Translations under genes and position numbers: made by a program
The notes under the pieces: generated by a model
Seen by the model: only the letters and a program-made list of their open reading frames with translations
Databases searched by the model: none
What the model was told of the DNA's origin: nothing
Virus record (IMG/VR): IMGVR_UViG_3300043429_000427
Direction: 5' to 3' (one strand)
DNA length: 64,000 nt
Source of the DNA: a virus
Shown here: positions 61,963 to 64,000 of the stretch, piece by piece
Layout: the number at the start of each line of letters is the position of its first letter
Position numbering within the stretch: position 1 is the first letter of the stretch

Positions 61963-62186
61963 ACGAATTATCCGATACGATTTACATCTCGCAGATAATC
62001 ATCAAGCAATTCAGCTTCATAGATTTCTTGCTCCGTTAGATTACATTCAATTTCCTCATCCAAAAACAAATCCAAAGGTGGATTGTTATACTCAACATCA
62101 TCATAAACCGATGCCGTATCAATACCCAATGTCTCCAAGTAATACTCTTTTGTTCTGCTCATAACTGTTATTTTTTGATTATGTAG

Positions 62187-62222
62187 TAAATATACGCAAA
62201 ATATAGCAAAATGTCAAGCTTT
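62187..62222 (-). promoter_or_regulatory. Early-type promoter
   Basis: AAAGCTTGACA..TATATTTA with the same spacing. Confidence 0.6.
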
Positions 62223-63084
62223 TACTAAAATAAATCTGCCATACTTTTTGGACCATGCTTATACTCTGCAATATTCAATTCGTATGTAGTATCATCAATT
62301 TGAGTATATGGTAAATCATTTCGTAGTGGTCTAATTGCTCTTGTACCAACCGAACCTTTCCATACTACCGCTTTGCCTTCATCATATACTAAATTAGCTT
62401 CCGATGCAAATATATACTTTGAATCAATTGAATGGTCTTCTAAAAAGAATATGTTCTCTACAAATTCATCGCCATCTTTGATAATAACTTTATCCATTAA
62501 ATTCATACTAACTCCTGTTTTTTAAGTTTATTTTGTTGTCTTTTATACTTTTTCTCTGCTGATAAATATAACTCCCAAAACCTTTCCTTCCAATAATCTA
62601 CGGATTTAGTTTCTTTTTTATCATACCGTAGAACACGCTTCTGCTTTCCCTTTGATGTCATAATCCATTCACCAAAGATAGGTAAGTAAGCCGGAACTAT
62701 ATAATCACCACCATGCTCTCTACTATGGTTAGCTAAATAGGTAATACTTTGTTGTGCTAACTCCATTGCTTCATTGAAGTTTTTGGAATCAATTAACCAT
62801 TTGGTTTGCTCAATTGTTAGTGATACATTCATATTATTTGGCGGATGTGGTTTTAACTAATGAAACTAATTTAAGTGGCGAAAGAGTTTGGCTGAATAGG
62901 ATGTGTCCTAATATATTCAATCCAATTGCTTCCCAAAATGTAATGTATCGTAATCCAAAGATTGATGGTATTAGATAGTTCCATAGATACATTAAAGGTG
63001 CTCCCATAATAATCAATGAGGTTAAACCTATAAACAATATACCAATTACTATATTCAATTTATCTGTATTCATAATTTTAACTT

Positions 63085-63417
63085 TTAATCAAACCATTGT
63101 GAACGATTTGTTTTTACATTTTTAATTTGAGGGTCTTTATACTTTGGGTCACCACCCAACCTTTCAGCTGCCTGTGCTATTTCATTTGAACGAAATTCAT
63201 CACCTGCTTTACCAATTTCCTTTGCTGTTTTCAATTCTTCCGTAGATAACTCACCACCATTAGCCAATGCTGCAAATGTTTTGGTGTGGTAAGTATCCAA
63301 AGGACGAGTGAATTGTTTTAGATATTTGGCTTTTGAATCTAAATACTCAAAGAAATCTGCTTCATCTAAACAATTTAATTCGTTTTGTGTTAATTCGTTA
63401 TCAGGATTATATTTCAT
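63085..63417 (-). CDS. Hypothetical protein
   Basis: 110 aa ORF. Confidence 0.5.
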   Translation of the reverse strand: MKYNPDNELTQNELNCLDEADFFEYLDSKAKYLKQFTRPLDTYHTKTFAALANGGELSTEELKTAKEIGKAGDEFRSNEIAQAAERLGGDPKYKDPQIKNVKTNRSQWFD

Positions 63418-63469
63418 ATTAGTATAAGATAAAGGCTGGATGCTTTCACACCCAGCCGTAGTGAGTCAA

Positions 63470-64000
63470 TTACCAAACGATGTTTTCTTCGTCATTCTCT
63501 TCAACTTTCTCTTCAAACAATGGTTTATCACCACTCTCATCACGAAGATACTTTTGAACCAATTGTTTGATGTAAGTTCGTTCTGAATCAATACCACCAT
63601 CCGTAGAGTAGAATGGGAAGATGGAGATTTCAGCGGCCTCAACCAAATTGAAACCATCATACAACAACCCAGCTAACTCAACACTAGCTCGCGTAGATAC
63701 TGCCGTAGATAACTTACCGGCTTCGTTACGAATTTGGTCACGAGTGTGAGCGGCGATTTCAGCCACAGCGTTCAAGTCATAAGAATCAACGCCAGGATAC
63801 AACATCGTAAGTAATTCTAACTCCTGCTCTTTATCAAGAACATCAACCTCAATCGTAGTGAATCGGTCCATAATAGCCCGGTCAAGAACACGCGTTGATG
63901 TATATTCATTACCAATGTTAGCCGTAGCGATGAAAGTAACTCCTTCTGCAACCGGTACGATTGGTGAACCTTCTGCCTCATCCAAACGGAGGTAGCGTTG
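63470..64000 (-). CDS. MoxR/CbbQ-type AAA+ ATPase, C-terminal part (5' end outside the window)
   Basis: QRYLRLDE..FIATANIG.EY..LDRAIMDRF, STRA. Confidence 0.8.
   Translation of the reverse strand, partial: QRYLRLDEAEGSPIVPVAEGVTFIATANIGNEYTSTRVLDRAIMDRFTTIEVDVLDKEQELELLTMLYPGVDSYDLNAVAEIAAHTRDQIRNEAGKLSTAVSTRASVELAGLLYDGFNLVEAAEISIFPFYSTDGGIDSERTYIKQLVQKYLRDESGDKPLFEEKVEENDEENIVW

Noticed and set aside
1571-62164. Plus-strand ORFs in the supplied track
   Set aside because: Nearly all lie antisense to well-supported minus-strand genes and have no recognisable motifs; treated as shadow ORFs
1-64000. Stop-codon reassignment
   Set aside because: Recognisable genes are full length under the standard code, and TAA, TAG and TGA all end genes at tight junctions

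Overview
AT-rich segment of a large, contractile-tailed (myovirus-like) dsDNA phage genome. Nearly every gene is on the minus strand. Repeated TTG-N20-TAnnTTT(G/A) promoters point to a Bacteroidota host (inference). In window order: (i) 1-18.3 kb, baseplate/tail structural module plus a gp55-like late sigma factor; (ii) 18.5-28.4 kb, peptide deformylase, a 9-gene sugar activation/transfer/modification cluster, UvsE, Hsp20 and an HD hydrolase; (iii) 29-33 kb, small genes, a candidate stand-alone structured ncRNA and the only plausible plus-strand gene; (iv) 33.8-38 kb, RNA-repair-like genes and dCMP deaminase; (v) 35-55 kb, about 15-16 highly diverged paralogues sharing an N-terminal (M)LTIxN motif, most in one near-continuous tandem array; (vi) 43-46.6 kb, a cluster of strong early-type promoters, a stand-alone sigma region-4 protein, an atypical tRNA-His, hairpin chains and repeats (possible origin or terminus); (vii) 50-64 kb, 2OG-Fe(II) oxygenases, NlpC/P60, dUTPase, GH73, beta-barrel-like proteins and a truncated MoxR-type AAA ATPase. 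All calls come from motif recognition by eye; no searches were run.
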